Origin: Geminicoccus sp.
Lineage (GTDB): Bacteria; Pseudomonadota; Alphaproteobacteria; UBA7985
Direction of reading: 5' to 3'
Assembly: GCA_002708995.1 (NCBI GenBank)
Contig: PAPT01000042.1
Location: 24,039-88,038 of the forward strand
Length of the DNA stretch: 64,000 nt
Shown: one piece after another, positions 55,835 to 64,000 of the stretch
How positions within the stretch are numbered: the first letter of the stretch is position 1
Layout of the letters: each line of letters starts with the position of its first letter
Notes under the pieces: generated by a model
Seen by the model: the letters and a program-made list of their open reading frames with translations, nothing else
Told to the model about the DNA's origin: nothing
Database searches by the model: none
Translations under genes and position numbers: made by a program

Positions 55835-56839
55835 ATGTCCGATACCCTCAAAATCACCCTCCTCGGTACCGGGATTCCGAACCCCGACGTGAATGCCTTT
55901 GACACTTCAACGCTGATCGAAGCCGGGGATGAGGTCGTTATGCTCGACTTTGGCCGGGGCGCCGTGATCCGGCTGGCGCAGGCGGGTTATCCGCTGGGCT
56001 ACGTCGATACCATCATCATTTCGCACTACCACTCGGACCACTTTTCCGGGCTGTTCGACCTCGCCATGACCGGGACCATCCAGCAGCCGTTTTCCAACCG
56101 GGGCGGGCAGCTGCACATCTTCGGCCCCTGGGGGATCGACGATATCGCCGAGGGCGCGTGGCAGGCGACCAAGCCCGACCGCGATATCCGGGTTGCCGAC
56201 CATGAAATCGACCCCGAACACATGCGGATCATCCGCTACAGCTGCGAACAGGAAGGGGTAGTCTACGACCGCGGCGGGCTGCGCATCATCGCCATTGAGG
56301 TCGACCACGGCGAGTTCATCCGCCCCGCCTACGCCTTCCGGGTCGAATACGGGGGGCACGTGTTCGTGCACAGCCACGACACCCGGTACAACGAAAACCT
56401 GATCGCGCAGGCGCAGGGCGTGGATGTGTTCATCCACGAGATCGCCGCTGCCGATACCTGGCTGGGCGGTTCACCCGACCCGTCGCAGGAAGCCGACGAT
56501 CTGGGCACCAACGCCCTCGTCGTTCGCACGTCCCGGGGGCAGGATCTGATGGAGCGTGCTTTACAGGCGGGTTTCCTCACCCTGACCCGTGAGGTTAATC
56601 CACGCTACATGGACAGCGTCCAGCCCCACCAGCGTAACAAGAAATACGCCGTATCCGCTCGGCATGACGGCTTGCGCGCCGAGGGCAAGACCGTGCCGCG
56701 GACCGCGCGCCTGCGGCCGGATGCGCTCCACGCCGACCTCGACCCCAGCATTGCCCGCAGCCAGTACGACGGCACCCGCGCGCGCGTCTCCGCCGGCAAG
56801 GCCAGCGAAGCGGCACCCCGCAGCCTTGTGGGCAGGTGA
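55835..56839 (+). CDS. Chimeric ORF: RNase Z-like MBL-fold hydrolase N-terminal part fused to an FrhB-like C-terminal part (possible pseudogene)
   Basis: ITLLGTG, LDFGRG, SHYHSDH, VDHG, HDTR, FIHE; from ~56441 IAAADTW.GGSP..GTNALVVRT..QPHQ..KKYA. Confidence 0.72.
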   Translation: MSDTLKITLLGTGIPNPDVNAFDTSTLIEAGDEVVMLDFGRGAVIRLAQAGYPLGYVDTIIISHYHSDHFSGLFDLAMTGTIQQPFSNRGGQLHIFGPWGIDDIAEGAWQATKPDRDIRVADHEIDPEHMRIIRYSCEQEGVVYDRGGLRIIAIEVDHGEFIRPAYAFRVEYGGHVFVHSHDTRYNENLIAQAQGVDVFIHEIAAADTWLGGSPDPSQEADDLGTNALVVRTSRGQDLMERALQAGFLTLTREVNPRYMDSVQPHQRNKKYAVSARHDGLRAEGKTVPRTARLRPDALHADLDPSIARSQYDGTRARVSAGKASEAAPRSLVGR

Positions 56840-56917
56840 CGGCATCCGGCTGGCGCTGCTAGGGTTGCTGGGACGGGTGGCGGGCCTTACTGGTCGAACA
56901 GGGAAGGGGATAGCGCG

Positions 56918-57673
56918 GTGGAGGCAGTCATTCTGGTGGCGCTGGCATTTTTGCTCGGTGGCGTGTTCAAGGGCGCCATTGGTGCAGGCGCGCCGCTAGC
57001 CGCCGTGCCGGCGCTGTCGCTGATTTACAGCGTACCCTTCGCGGTGGCGGTCTTCGTCGCCCCGAATGTCATCTCCAACCTGATCCAGATCTGGCAGTAC
57101 CGCGGGCATCGGCCGCGCGGCGCGTTGGTCTGGCTGTTTGCCGCAGCCGGGGCGGGGGGTGCGCTGACCGGGACGTTCGCGCTGGTCAGCCTCGACGGTG
57201 ACGTGCTGAAGACCGGGGTCGCGATCGTCATCGGGCTGTATCTTTTGTTCCGCCTGTTCCGGCCCACGGCCACGCTGGCGCTTGGTCCGGCGACCTGGCT
57301 TTCGACGCCGGTCGGCTTCGTCGCCGGGATCCTGCAGGGGGCCTCCGGGGTTTCGGCGCCGGTGAGCGTGACCTTCCTGAGCATTGTCCGGCTCGACCGC
57401 GAGACCTTCATCGTCACCATCGCCGTGTTCTTCATCGCCATGGGCGTGGTCCAGGCACCGACCCTGATGGCCATGGGGCTGCTGGACTGGCGCACCGGCG
57501 GGCTGTCGCTGCTCGCCGTGCTACCCTTGCTCGCGGGCATGCCGCTGGGCGAGGCCATCATCCGCCGTGTCTCGCGCCAGTGGTTCGACCGGCTGATCAT
57601 GCTGGTGCTGGCGGTCATGGCAGTGATGCTGGTCGTGAGCACGCAGTTTCCGGCCAGCGCCGCCACAGGCTGA
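56918..57673 (+). CDS. TauE/SafE (TSUP) family permease
   Basis: GGVFKGAIGAG and GILQGASGVSAP repeats; multi-TM. Confidence 0.88.
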   Translation: MEAVILVALAFLLGGVFKGAIGAGAPLAAVPALSLIYSVPFAVAVFVAPNVISNLIQIWQYRGHRPRGALVWLFAAAGAGGALTGTFALVSLDGDVLKTGVAIVIGLYLLFRLFRPTATLALGPATWLSTPVGFVAGILQGASGVSAPVSVTFLSIVRLDRETFIVTIAVFFIAMGVVQAPTLMAMGLLDWRTGGLSLLAVLPLLAGMPLGEAIIRRVSRQWFDRLIMLVLAVMAVMLVVSTQFPASAATG

Positions 57674-57788
57674 GGCTTACCGACGCGGCAGGGCGCAGGT
57701 AGGGCGCTGAATTCGACTTCGCCCGCAGGCCCCGCGGTGCTAGCCTTAGTGCAATTCCAATAATTGCACGGGAGTGCGGGGGTTGATC

Positions 57789-58472
57789 ATGCCTAAGCTC
57801 GAACTGGTTTACTTCAAGATGCGCGCGCTGGCCGAAGCGGCACAGCTGATGCTCTGGGCAACAGACACGCCCTACACCTATGCCATGGCATGGGACCATT
57901 TTGGTGAGCCTTGGGCAGGCAACAAGACCCGCGCACCCTTCCGCCAGCTGCCTATGCTGGTCATCGACGGCGAGCAGCAGGTGGCCCAGAGCGGTGCGAT
58001 CTGCCGCTATATCGCCGGTCTGACCGGGCTGGCGCCAACGGATGCCGGTCTGCGCGCGGAGGTCGACAGCGTGTTCGAGGCCAGTCAGGAATGGTTTTTC
58101 CCGCTCAACCCGACAGTAAACTTCGCCGTCGGTGATGACTTCGCCGCCAAGCGAGAAGCACAGCTGCCCGGGTTGCACCTGCGCTTGGGCGATTTCGAGC
58201 GCTATCTGGCCCGCCACGAAGGTCCGTTCTTTTTCGGTGACAAGCCTTACTACTGTGATTTTGGCGTTTTCCATCACGTCGATCTGGCGCACTTCTTCGA
58301 CGCCGGTCTGCTCGCCGATTACCCGCGTGTGGCGGCCATGATGGACGCCGTCCGGGGCATCGAAGGGGTGGCTGCTTACCTCGAGCATCGCCCGGAACTG
58401 AACGGGGTCGGGACCAAGCCCCAGCTGGTGATCGACGGCACGCCGGAGGCGACTGGCGTCGCCAAGGGCTGA
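57789..58472 (+). CDS. Glutathione S-transferase family protein (sigma-like, Tyr type)
   Basis: LVYFKMRALAE, PFRQLPML, AQSGAICRY, FFFGDKP..CD. Confidence 0.88.
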   Translation: MPKLELVYFKMRALAEAAQLMLWATDTPYTYAMAWDHFGEPWAGNKTRAPFRQLPMLVIDGEQQVAQSGAICRYIAGLTGLAPTDAGLRAEVDSVFEASQEWFFPLNPTVNFAVGDDFAAKREAQLPGLHLRLGDFERYLARHEGPFFFGDKPYYCDFGVFHHVDLAHFFDAGLLADYPRVAAMMDAVRGIEGVAAYLEHRPELNGVGTKPQLVIDGTPEATGVAKG

Positions 58473-58521
58473 ACCGCTTAAGAAAATCCCCATAAACGCT
58501 GGCGTGTGGGCAAGCTATGGC

Positions 58522-58550
58522 TTGCACGCCATGAGTACTTGAGCTAGCGT
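58522..58550 (+). promoter_or_regulatory. Putative sigma70 promoter of the gcv leader
   Basis: TTGCAC-N17-TAGCGT ending just before the first riboswitch stem. Confidence 0.55.
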
Positions 58551-58556
58551 GCATGG

Positions 58557-58716
58557 ATCGAGCACGGGAGAACCGACCTCGCGTCGGTGCCGAAGGAGCA
58601 ACCGCCCCGGAAACTCTCAGGCCACCGGACCGGCTCGATAAAAAACTCTGGAGAGAGGCGCGCCAGCTTGAGCGTCCGCCGAAGGGATAATGATCTCAGG
58701 TGCAAGGGACAGAGGG
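58557..58716 (+). ncRNA. Tandem glycine riboswitch (two aptamers)
   Basis: Aptamer 1: GGGAGA..GCCGAAGGAGCAACCGCCCCGGAAACTCTCAGGC..GGACCG. Aptamer 2: CTCTGGAGAGA..CGCCGAAGGGAT..CTCAGG..GGACAGAG. Upstream of gcvT. Confidence 0.95.
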
Positions 58717-58817
58717 GGCATCACTGCGGTCGCGTGCTGATGCACGCCGCCGCGCTTATGATGCCCATCAGATGAAGCCTCATTCATTGGTGGTGCATGG
58801 AACAGGAGACTGGGTCC

Positions 58818-59957
58818 ATGGACGACGGAACGCAAACTATCGCAACGCTGCCGCTGGCGCGGGCGCACATCGATGCCGGCGCGCGCATGGTGCCGTTTGC
58901 GGGCTATTCCATGCCCGTGCAATACCCCACCGGGGTCATGGCCGAGCACCAGCACACGCGCGCGCACTGCGGGCTGTTCGACGTTTCACACATGGGGCAG
59001 GTGATCCTGTGGGCCGAGACGGTGGAGGCCGCCGCCCGGGCGCTTGAAACGCTGGTTCCCGTCGACGTGCTTGGCCTGGGCGAGGGCCGCCAGCGCTATG
59101 GATTTTTCACCAATGACAGTGGCGGCATTCTCGACGATCTGATGATCGCCAACCGGGGCGACCATCTGTTCCTCGTGGTTAACGCTGCCTGCAAGGCCAA
59201 CGACATCGGCCTGATGCGCGCCGCGCTGCCGCCCCTGGGGGTCGAGGTCGAAGTCATCGAAGACCGCGTCCTGCTCGCCGTGCAGGGCCCTGAGGCTGGC
59301 GCCGTTGTGGCCGCGCTGGACCCCCAGGCCGACGATATGCGGTTTATGGACGTTGGCGGGCTGACGCTCGCGGGGGCCAAGGTCTGGGTCTCGCGCTCGG
59401 GCTACACCGGTGAGGATGGCTTTGAGATTTCGGTTCAGGTGTCGCAGGCGCGGACTGTCTTCGATGCGCTCTGCGCCGACGAGCGCGTGGCGCTGATCGG
59501 ACTGGGCGCGCGGGATTCGCTGCGCCTGGAGGCCGGGCTATGCCTCTACGGCCACGATATCGACACGGCGACTTCACCGGTCGAAGCCCGCCTGACCTGG
59601 GCCATGCAGAAGGTCCGGCGCCCCGGCGGGGACCGGTCCGGTGGCTTCCCGGGCGAGGCCCGGATTTTCAAGGAACTCGAAGACGGCGCCAGGCGGGCCC
59701 GCGTCGGTCTGCGCCCTGAGGCCCGGGCGCCGATGCGCGAAGGCGTGCCGCTGTTCGACGCCGAGCAGGGTGGCACGCAGGTCGGGCAGGTGACCAGTGG
59801 TGGCTTCGGCCCCAGCGTCATTCATCCTGTGGCCATGGGCTACGTCGATGCTGCCTTCGCCGACACTGATACCGCGCTGTGGGGCGAAGTCCGGGGCAAG
59901 CGCCTCCCGGTCCGGGTCACGGCGCTGCCCTTCACACCCCTGCGCTTCAAGCGCTGA
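58818..59957 (+). CDS. gcvT: Glycine cleavage aminomethyltransferase T
   Basis: MVPFAGYSMPVQY, LFDVSHMG, RSGYTGEDGFEI, GLGARDSLRLEAGLCLYG. Confidence 0.96.
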   Translation: MDDGTQTIATLPLARAHIDAGARMVPFAGYSMPVQYPTGVMAEHQHTRAHCGLFDVSHMGQVILWAETVEAAARALETLVPVDVLGLGEGRQRYGFFTNDSGGILDDLMIANRGDHLFLVVNAACKANDIGLMRAALPPLGVEVEVIEDRVLLAVQGPEAGAVVAALDPQADDMRFMDVGGLTLAGAKVWVSRSGYTGEDGFEISVQVSQARTVFDALCADERVALIGLGARDSLRLEAGLCLYGHDIDTATSPVEARLTWAMQKVRRPGGDRSGGFPGEARIFKELEDGARRARVGLRPEARAPMREGVPLFDAEQGGTQVGQVTSGGFGPSVIHPVAMGYVDAAFADTDTALWGEVRGKRLPVRVTALPFTPLRFKR

Positions 59958-59989
59958 TCCATCACCCCCATCAGAGGAGAACACCGACC

Positions 59990-60349
59990 ATGAAATACAC
60001 AGAAGAGCACGAATGGCTGCGGGTCGAGGGCGATATCATCGTCGTTGGTGTGACCGAATACGCCGTGACCCAGTTGGGCGACCTGGTTTTTGTCGAGCTC
60101 CCCGATGTCGGACGTCAGGTCAGCCGCGACGAGGACATCGTTGTGATCGAAAGCGTCAAGGCCGCCTCGGACATCCTCGCCCCGCTGGACGGTGAAGTCG
60201 TCGAAGTCAACGAAGCCATCGTCGAAGACCCGGCGATGGTGAACAGCGATCCGACCGGTGCGGCCTGGTTCTTCAAGATGAAGGTGCCGGACACCAGCGC
60301 CGTCGATCAGTTCATGGACGAAGACGCCTACAAGGCACTGATCGACTGA
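59990..60349 (+). CDS. gcvH: Glycine cleavage H protein
   Basis: [26 protein letters not shown] (lipoyl Lys). Confidence 0.96.
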   Translation: MKYTEEHEWLRVEGDIIVVGVTEYAVTQLGDLVFVELPDVGRQVSRDEDIVVIESVKAASDILAPLDGEVVEVNEAIVEDPAMVNSDPTGAAWFFKMKVPDTSAVDQFMDEDAYKALID

Positions 60350-60422
60350 CCCGAAACACCGGCGGGACCGATGCGATCCCGCTGCCTATCCCGAGTTAAC
60401 CTTCCCAGCTTACGAGGTTCCC

Positions 60423-63296
60423 ATGGCTTTCAAAGCGACGACGTACCAGCCCTACGATTTTGCCAACCGCCGTCATATCGGCCCGTCCCCCAGCGAGATG
60501 GACGCGATTCTGCACCGGCTTGGGGTACCTGATCTGGAGACCCTGCTGGGGCAGACGGTCCCGGCGAGCATCCGGCAGGCGGAGCCACTGGACTTCGGCG
60601 AACCCTTGTCCGAGCAGGCTTTCCTCGCCCACATGCGCGAGATCGCCGCGGAGAACAGCGTCGTTACCTCGCTGATCGGGCAGGGCTACCACGGGACCGT
60701 CACCCCACCAGTGATCCAGCGTAACGTGCTGGAAAACCCGGCGTGGTACACGGCCTACACGCCCTATCAACCGGAGATCAGTCAGGGCCGTCTGGAGGCA
60801 CTGCTCAACTTCCAGACCATGGTCTCCGACCTCACGGGTCTGGAAATCGCCAACGCCTCGCTGCTCGATGAATCCACCGCGGCGGCCGAAGCCATGACCA
60901 TGGCGCAGCGGGTCGCCAAGTCCAAGGCCATGGCCTTCTTTGTCGACGAAAACTGCCACCCGCAGAACATCGCCGTGCTCCGCACCCGCGCCGAGCCGCT
61001 GGGGATCAGGGTAATCGTTGGCCCGCCCGCGGCGCTGCAGCCTGAGCAGGTCTTCGGCGCGATCTTCCAGTACCCCGGCACCCGTGGGGGCCTGCGCGAC
61101 TTCAGCGCTGAGATGGAGGCGCTGCACGACCACCGCGCGGTCGGTATCGTCATCGCCGATCCGCTGGCGCTGTGCCTGCTCAAGGCCCCCGGTGAGATGG
61201 GCGCGGACATCGCCGTGGGCAGCACCCAGCGCTTCGGCGTTCCCATCGGCTACGGCGGTCCGCACGCGGCCTATATGTCCTGCCGCGACGCCTTCAAGCG
61301 CGCCATGCCCGGGCGACTGGTCGGCGTGTCGATCGACAGCCACGGCAATCGCGCCTACCGCCTGTCGCTGCAGACCCGGGAGCAGCACATCCGCCGGGAG
61401 AAGGCGACTTCGAACGTCTGCACCGCGCAGGCTCTGCTTGCGGTCATGGCTTCCTTCTACGCTGTCTTCCACGGTCCTGAGGGCCTGCGGGCGATTGCCC
61501 AGCGCGTGCACCAGAACACGCTGCGGCTCGCGCGGGGTCTGGAGGCAGCAGGCTTCACCACCGGCGACAGCAACAGCAATGGAGATGGTTTCTTCGATAC
61601 CCTATGCGTGTCGGTCGGGGACCGTCAGGCAGCGCTGCTGCAGGCTGCGCTTGACGAGGGCATCAACCTGCGCGCCATCGGCGCCGATCACCTCGGCATC
61701 AGCCTCGATGAGGCCACCGGTGAGGCAACCATCTCTGCAGTGCTGCGGGCCTTCGGTGTGGCAGAGGGCGCTGGCGCGGCCGCTGTTCGGCCCGACGAGG
61801 TCCGCTTCCCCGACGCTTTGGTGCGCCGGTCGTCCTATCTTGATAACGAAATCTTCCACATGAACCGGTCGGAGACCGAGATGATGCGCTACATGCGTCG
61901 CCTCTCCGACCGTGATCTGGCGCTGGATCGGGCGATGATCCCGCTGGGCTCCTGCACGATGAAGCTTAATGCTGCTGCGGAGATGATGCCGATCAGCTGG
62001 CTGGAGTTTGCCAGCCTGCACCCTTACGCTCCGGTGGAGCAGGCTGCGGGCTACCAGCGCTTCGTGCAGACGCTGTCCGAGCGGCTGTGTGTGATCACCG
62101 GCTACGACGCCTTTTCCATGCAGCCCAACTCGGGCGCGCAAGGCGAGTATGCCGGGCTGCTGACCATCGCCGGCTACCATCGCGCGCGCGGTGAGGCTCA
62201 GCGGCGGGTGTGCCTGATCCCAATGAGCGCCCACGGCACCAACCCTGCCTCGGCGCAGATGGTCGGCTGGCGCGTGGTGCCGGTCGCTTCCGCTGAAAAC
62301 GGCGACATCGATCTCGACGATTTCTGCGCCAAGGCCGAAGCCCACGCCGACGAGCTTGCCGGGTGCATGATCACCTATCCTTCGACCCACGGCGTGTTCG
62401 AAGAAACGGTGCGGGAGGTCTGCGCGATCACCCACCAGTTCGGCGGGCAGGTCTATATCGATGGTGCCAACATGAACGCCATGGTCGGCCTGTCGCGGCC
62501 GGCCGATCTGGGCAGCGATGTCAGCCACCTGAACCTGCACAAGACCTTCGCCATCCCCCACGGTGGCGGCGGTCCCGGCATGGGGCCGATCGGGGTCAAG
62601 GCGCACCTCGCCGAGTATCTGCCCGGTCACCCGGAGGGCGAAGGCGCGGTCGGCCCGGTCAGCGCCGCACCGCTGGGCTCGGCGTCGATCCTCGCGATTT
62701 CCTATGCCTACGTGATGATGATGGGCGGGGAGGGGCTGACACAGGCTTCGCGCGTCGCCATCCTCAACGCCAACTACATCGCAACCCGGCTGGAAGGCGC
62801 GTTCGAGATCCTGTTCAAGGGGCCGACGGGCCGCGTGGCGCATGAGTGCATCATCGACACCCGGCCCTTCGAAGCCAGCGCCGGGATCACGGTCGAGGAC
62901 ATCGCCAAACGCCTGATGGACAGCGGTTTTCATGCCCCGACCATGAGCTGGCCGGTGGCGGGGACGCTGATGGTCGAACCCACCGAAAGCGAGAGCCTCG
63001 CCGAGCTGGATCGCTTCTGCGACGCCATGCTGTCGATCCGCGAAGAAATCCGTGCGGTCGAAGACGGCCGCAGCGACCCGGCGAACAACCCGCTCAAGCA
63101 CGCCCCCCACACCATGGCCGACCTCGTCGGTGAGTGGGACCGTCCCTACAGCCGGGAGCAGGGGGTCTTTCCCGCCGGTGCGCCGCGCACCGACAAGTAC
63201 TGGCCGCCGGTCAACCGCGTGGACAACGCCTTCGGCGACCGGCATCTGGTCTGTGTCTGTCCCCCCATGGAGGACTATGCCCTGGCGGCTGAATAG
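60423..63296 (+). CDS. gcvP: Glycine dehydrogenase (decarboxylating), P protein
   Basis: [50 protein letters not shown]. Confidence 0.97.
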   Translation: MAFKATTYQPYDFANRRHIGPSPSEMDAILHRLGVPDLETLLGQTVPASIRQAEPLDFGEPLSEQAFLAHMREIAAENSVVTSLIGQGYHGTVTPPVIQRNVLENPAWYTAYTPYQPEISQGRLEALLNFQTMVSDLTGLEIANASLLDESTAAAEAMTMAQRVAKSKAMAFFVDENCHPQNIAVLRTRAEPLGIRVIVGPPAALQPEQVFGAIFQYPGTRGGLRDFSAEMEALHDHRAVGIVIADPLALCLLKAPGEMGADIAVGSTQRFGVPIGYGGPHAAYMSCRDAFKRAMPGRLVGVSIDSHGNRAYRLSLQTREQHIRREKATSNVCTAQALLAVMASFYAVFHGPEGLRAIAQRVHQNTLRLARGLEAAGFTTGDSNSNGDGFFDTLCVSVGDRQAALLQAALDEGINLRAIGADHLGISLDEATGEATISAVLRAFGVAEGAGAAAVRPDEVRFPDALVRRSSYLDNEIFHMNRSETEMMRYMRRLSDRDLALDRAMIPLGSCTMKLNAAAEMMPISWLEFASLHPYAPVEQAAGYQRFVQTLSERLCVITGYDAFSMQPNSGAQGEYAGLLTIAGYHRARGEAQRRVCLIPMSAHGTNPASAQMVGWRVVPVASAENGDIDLDDFCAKAEAHADELAGCMITYPSTHGVFEETVREVCAITHQFGGQVYIDGANMNAMVGLSRPADLGSDVSHLNLHKTFAIPHGGGGPGMGPIGVKAHLAEYLPGHPEGEGAVGPVSAAPLGSASILAISYAYVMMMGGEGLTQASRVAILNANYIATRLEGAFEILFKGPTGRVAHECIIDTRPFEASAGITVEDIAKRLMDSGFHAPTMSWPVAGTLMVEPTESESLAELDRFCDAMLSIREEIRAVEDGRSDPANNPLKHAPHTMADLVGEWDRPYSREQGVFPAGAPRTDKYWPPVNRVDNAFGDRHLVCVCPPMEDYALAAE

Positions 63297-63371
63297 GCTG
63301 CCGAATCAGCGGCTGGGCAGGCGGGGCCGAAGCGGTATCGCAAAACAGCTCATCGAAGGTCGGAAAGCCGC

Positions 63372-63400
63372 TTGACGCGGCACCCCGCCGGGTCTGACAT
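63372..63400 (+). promoter_or_regulatory. Putative sigma70 promoter
   Basis: TTGACG-N17-TGACAT upstream of a GGAGG RBS. Confidence 0.5.
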
Positions 63401-63430
63401 GGACGTCCCTTATACCGGAGGATTCCGCCC

Positions 63431-64000
63431 GTGAAGCTGAAGCAACCTGTCTTTTCCGCCCCCGCTGACGCCGCCGCGCGGCTAGGGGTCGAGCCCGTGA
63501 TCTGCTACCCGGTGGACACGCTGCCGCCAGCGCCCATGGACCTCTACGTCAGCGCGGCCGAAGGCATGGAACTGGTGGGGGAGGCGCTGGCGCCGCCGCG
63601 CGATGCCGTGACCTTCGAGGTGCTGGCGGGGCACTTCTTCCGCATTGTCTCGGTTGAAGGCCCGCAGGTCGGCGACCTCAACCTCTGGAACGCGCGCGAT
63701 CTGTCCGAGCGCTTCTACACCGGCAAGACCCGGGCGCTGCACGGCACGCATCTCTCGACCGGCGACCGGCTGTGGTCGGGCTTTCCCTTCCTGCGCCCCA
63801 TGGCGACCATCACTGCCGACACGCTGGACTGGTACGGCTTCGATGAATTCGGCGGGTCTGTACACGATGTCATCGGCACGCGCTGCGACCCCTATACCGC
63901 GCATCTGCTCAGTGGCGGTCAGTACCACAACTGTTGCCACTCCAACCTGAGCCGCAGCCTCGCCGCACAGACCGGCCGGGTGCCACAGGCGGTCGAGGCC
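63431..64000 (+). CDS. DUF1989 / urea-carboxylase-associated family protein (3'-truncated; not in the ORF track)
   Basis: Own translation from GTG 63431: ..EGPQVGDLNLWN..ERFYTGKTRALHGTHL..HDVIGTRCDPY..CCHSNL. Confidence 0.88.
   Translation, partial: MKLKQPVFSAPADAAARLGVEPVICYPVDTLPPAPMDLYVSAAEGMELVGEALAPPRDAVTFEVLAGHFFRIVSVEGPQVGDLNLWNARDLSERFYTGKTRALHGTHLSTGDRLWSGFPFLRPMATITADTLDWYGFDEFGGSVHDVIGTRCDPYTAHLLSGGQYHNCCHSNLSRSLAAQTGRVPQAVEA

Noticed and set aside
1-64000. Mobile elements, prophage or known defence operons
   Set aside because: No transposase, integrase, phage structural, restriction-modification, toxin-antitoxin or cas motifs were recognised in any listed ORF.

Overview
GC-rich bacterial chromosomal segment, probably an alphaproteobacterium (inferred from the glcCDEF layout, the fhs/FDH pair, the tandem glycine riboswitch and promoter style). 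It is densely packed with mostly intact metabolic genes: the 3' end of lon, ugd, glnE, ald, a CitE-family lyase, glcC-glcDEF, several ABC/MFS transporters, betA, a Cys/Met PLP enzyme, a His-box desaturase-like oxygenase, gabD, pgi, galU, an aldehyde dehydrogenase, fhs plus NAD-linked formate dehydrogenase, a photolyase-family gene, a GST, the riboswitch-controlled gcvTHP operon and a DUF1989 gene cut by the window end. I saw no tRNA, rRNA, CRISPR array, transposase, integrase or phage gene. The unusual features are these: (1) A decaying purine operon with a multiply broken purM, an intact purN and an in-frame PurF::PurQ chimera. (2) A second in-frame chimera joining an RNase Z-like metallo-beta-lactamase to an FrhB-like C-terminus; both chimeras appear to join at short shared motifs. 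(3) An orphan protein with a GIY-YIG-like domain. (4) An AT-richer islet of orphan genes, two of which share a palindromic operator-like site. (5) Several structured intergenic elements, including a long hairpin that buries an RBS and a cuckoo-like hairpin. (6) Degenerate short tandem repeats shortly after stop codons. All product calls come from motif recognition by eye; no database search was run. I cannot claim a proven new system; the strongest candidates are ranked in the findings.
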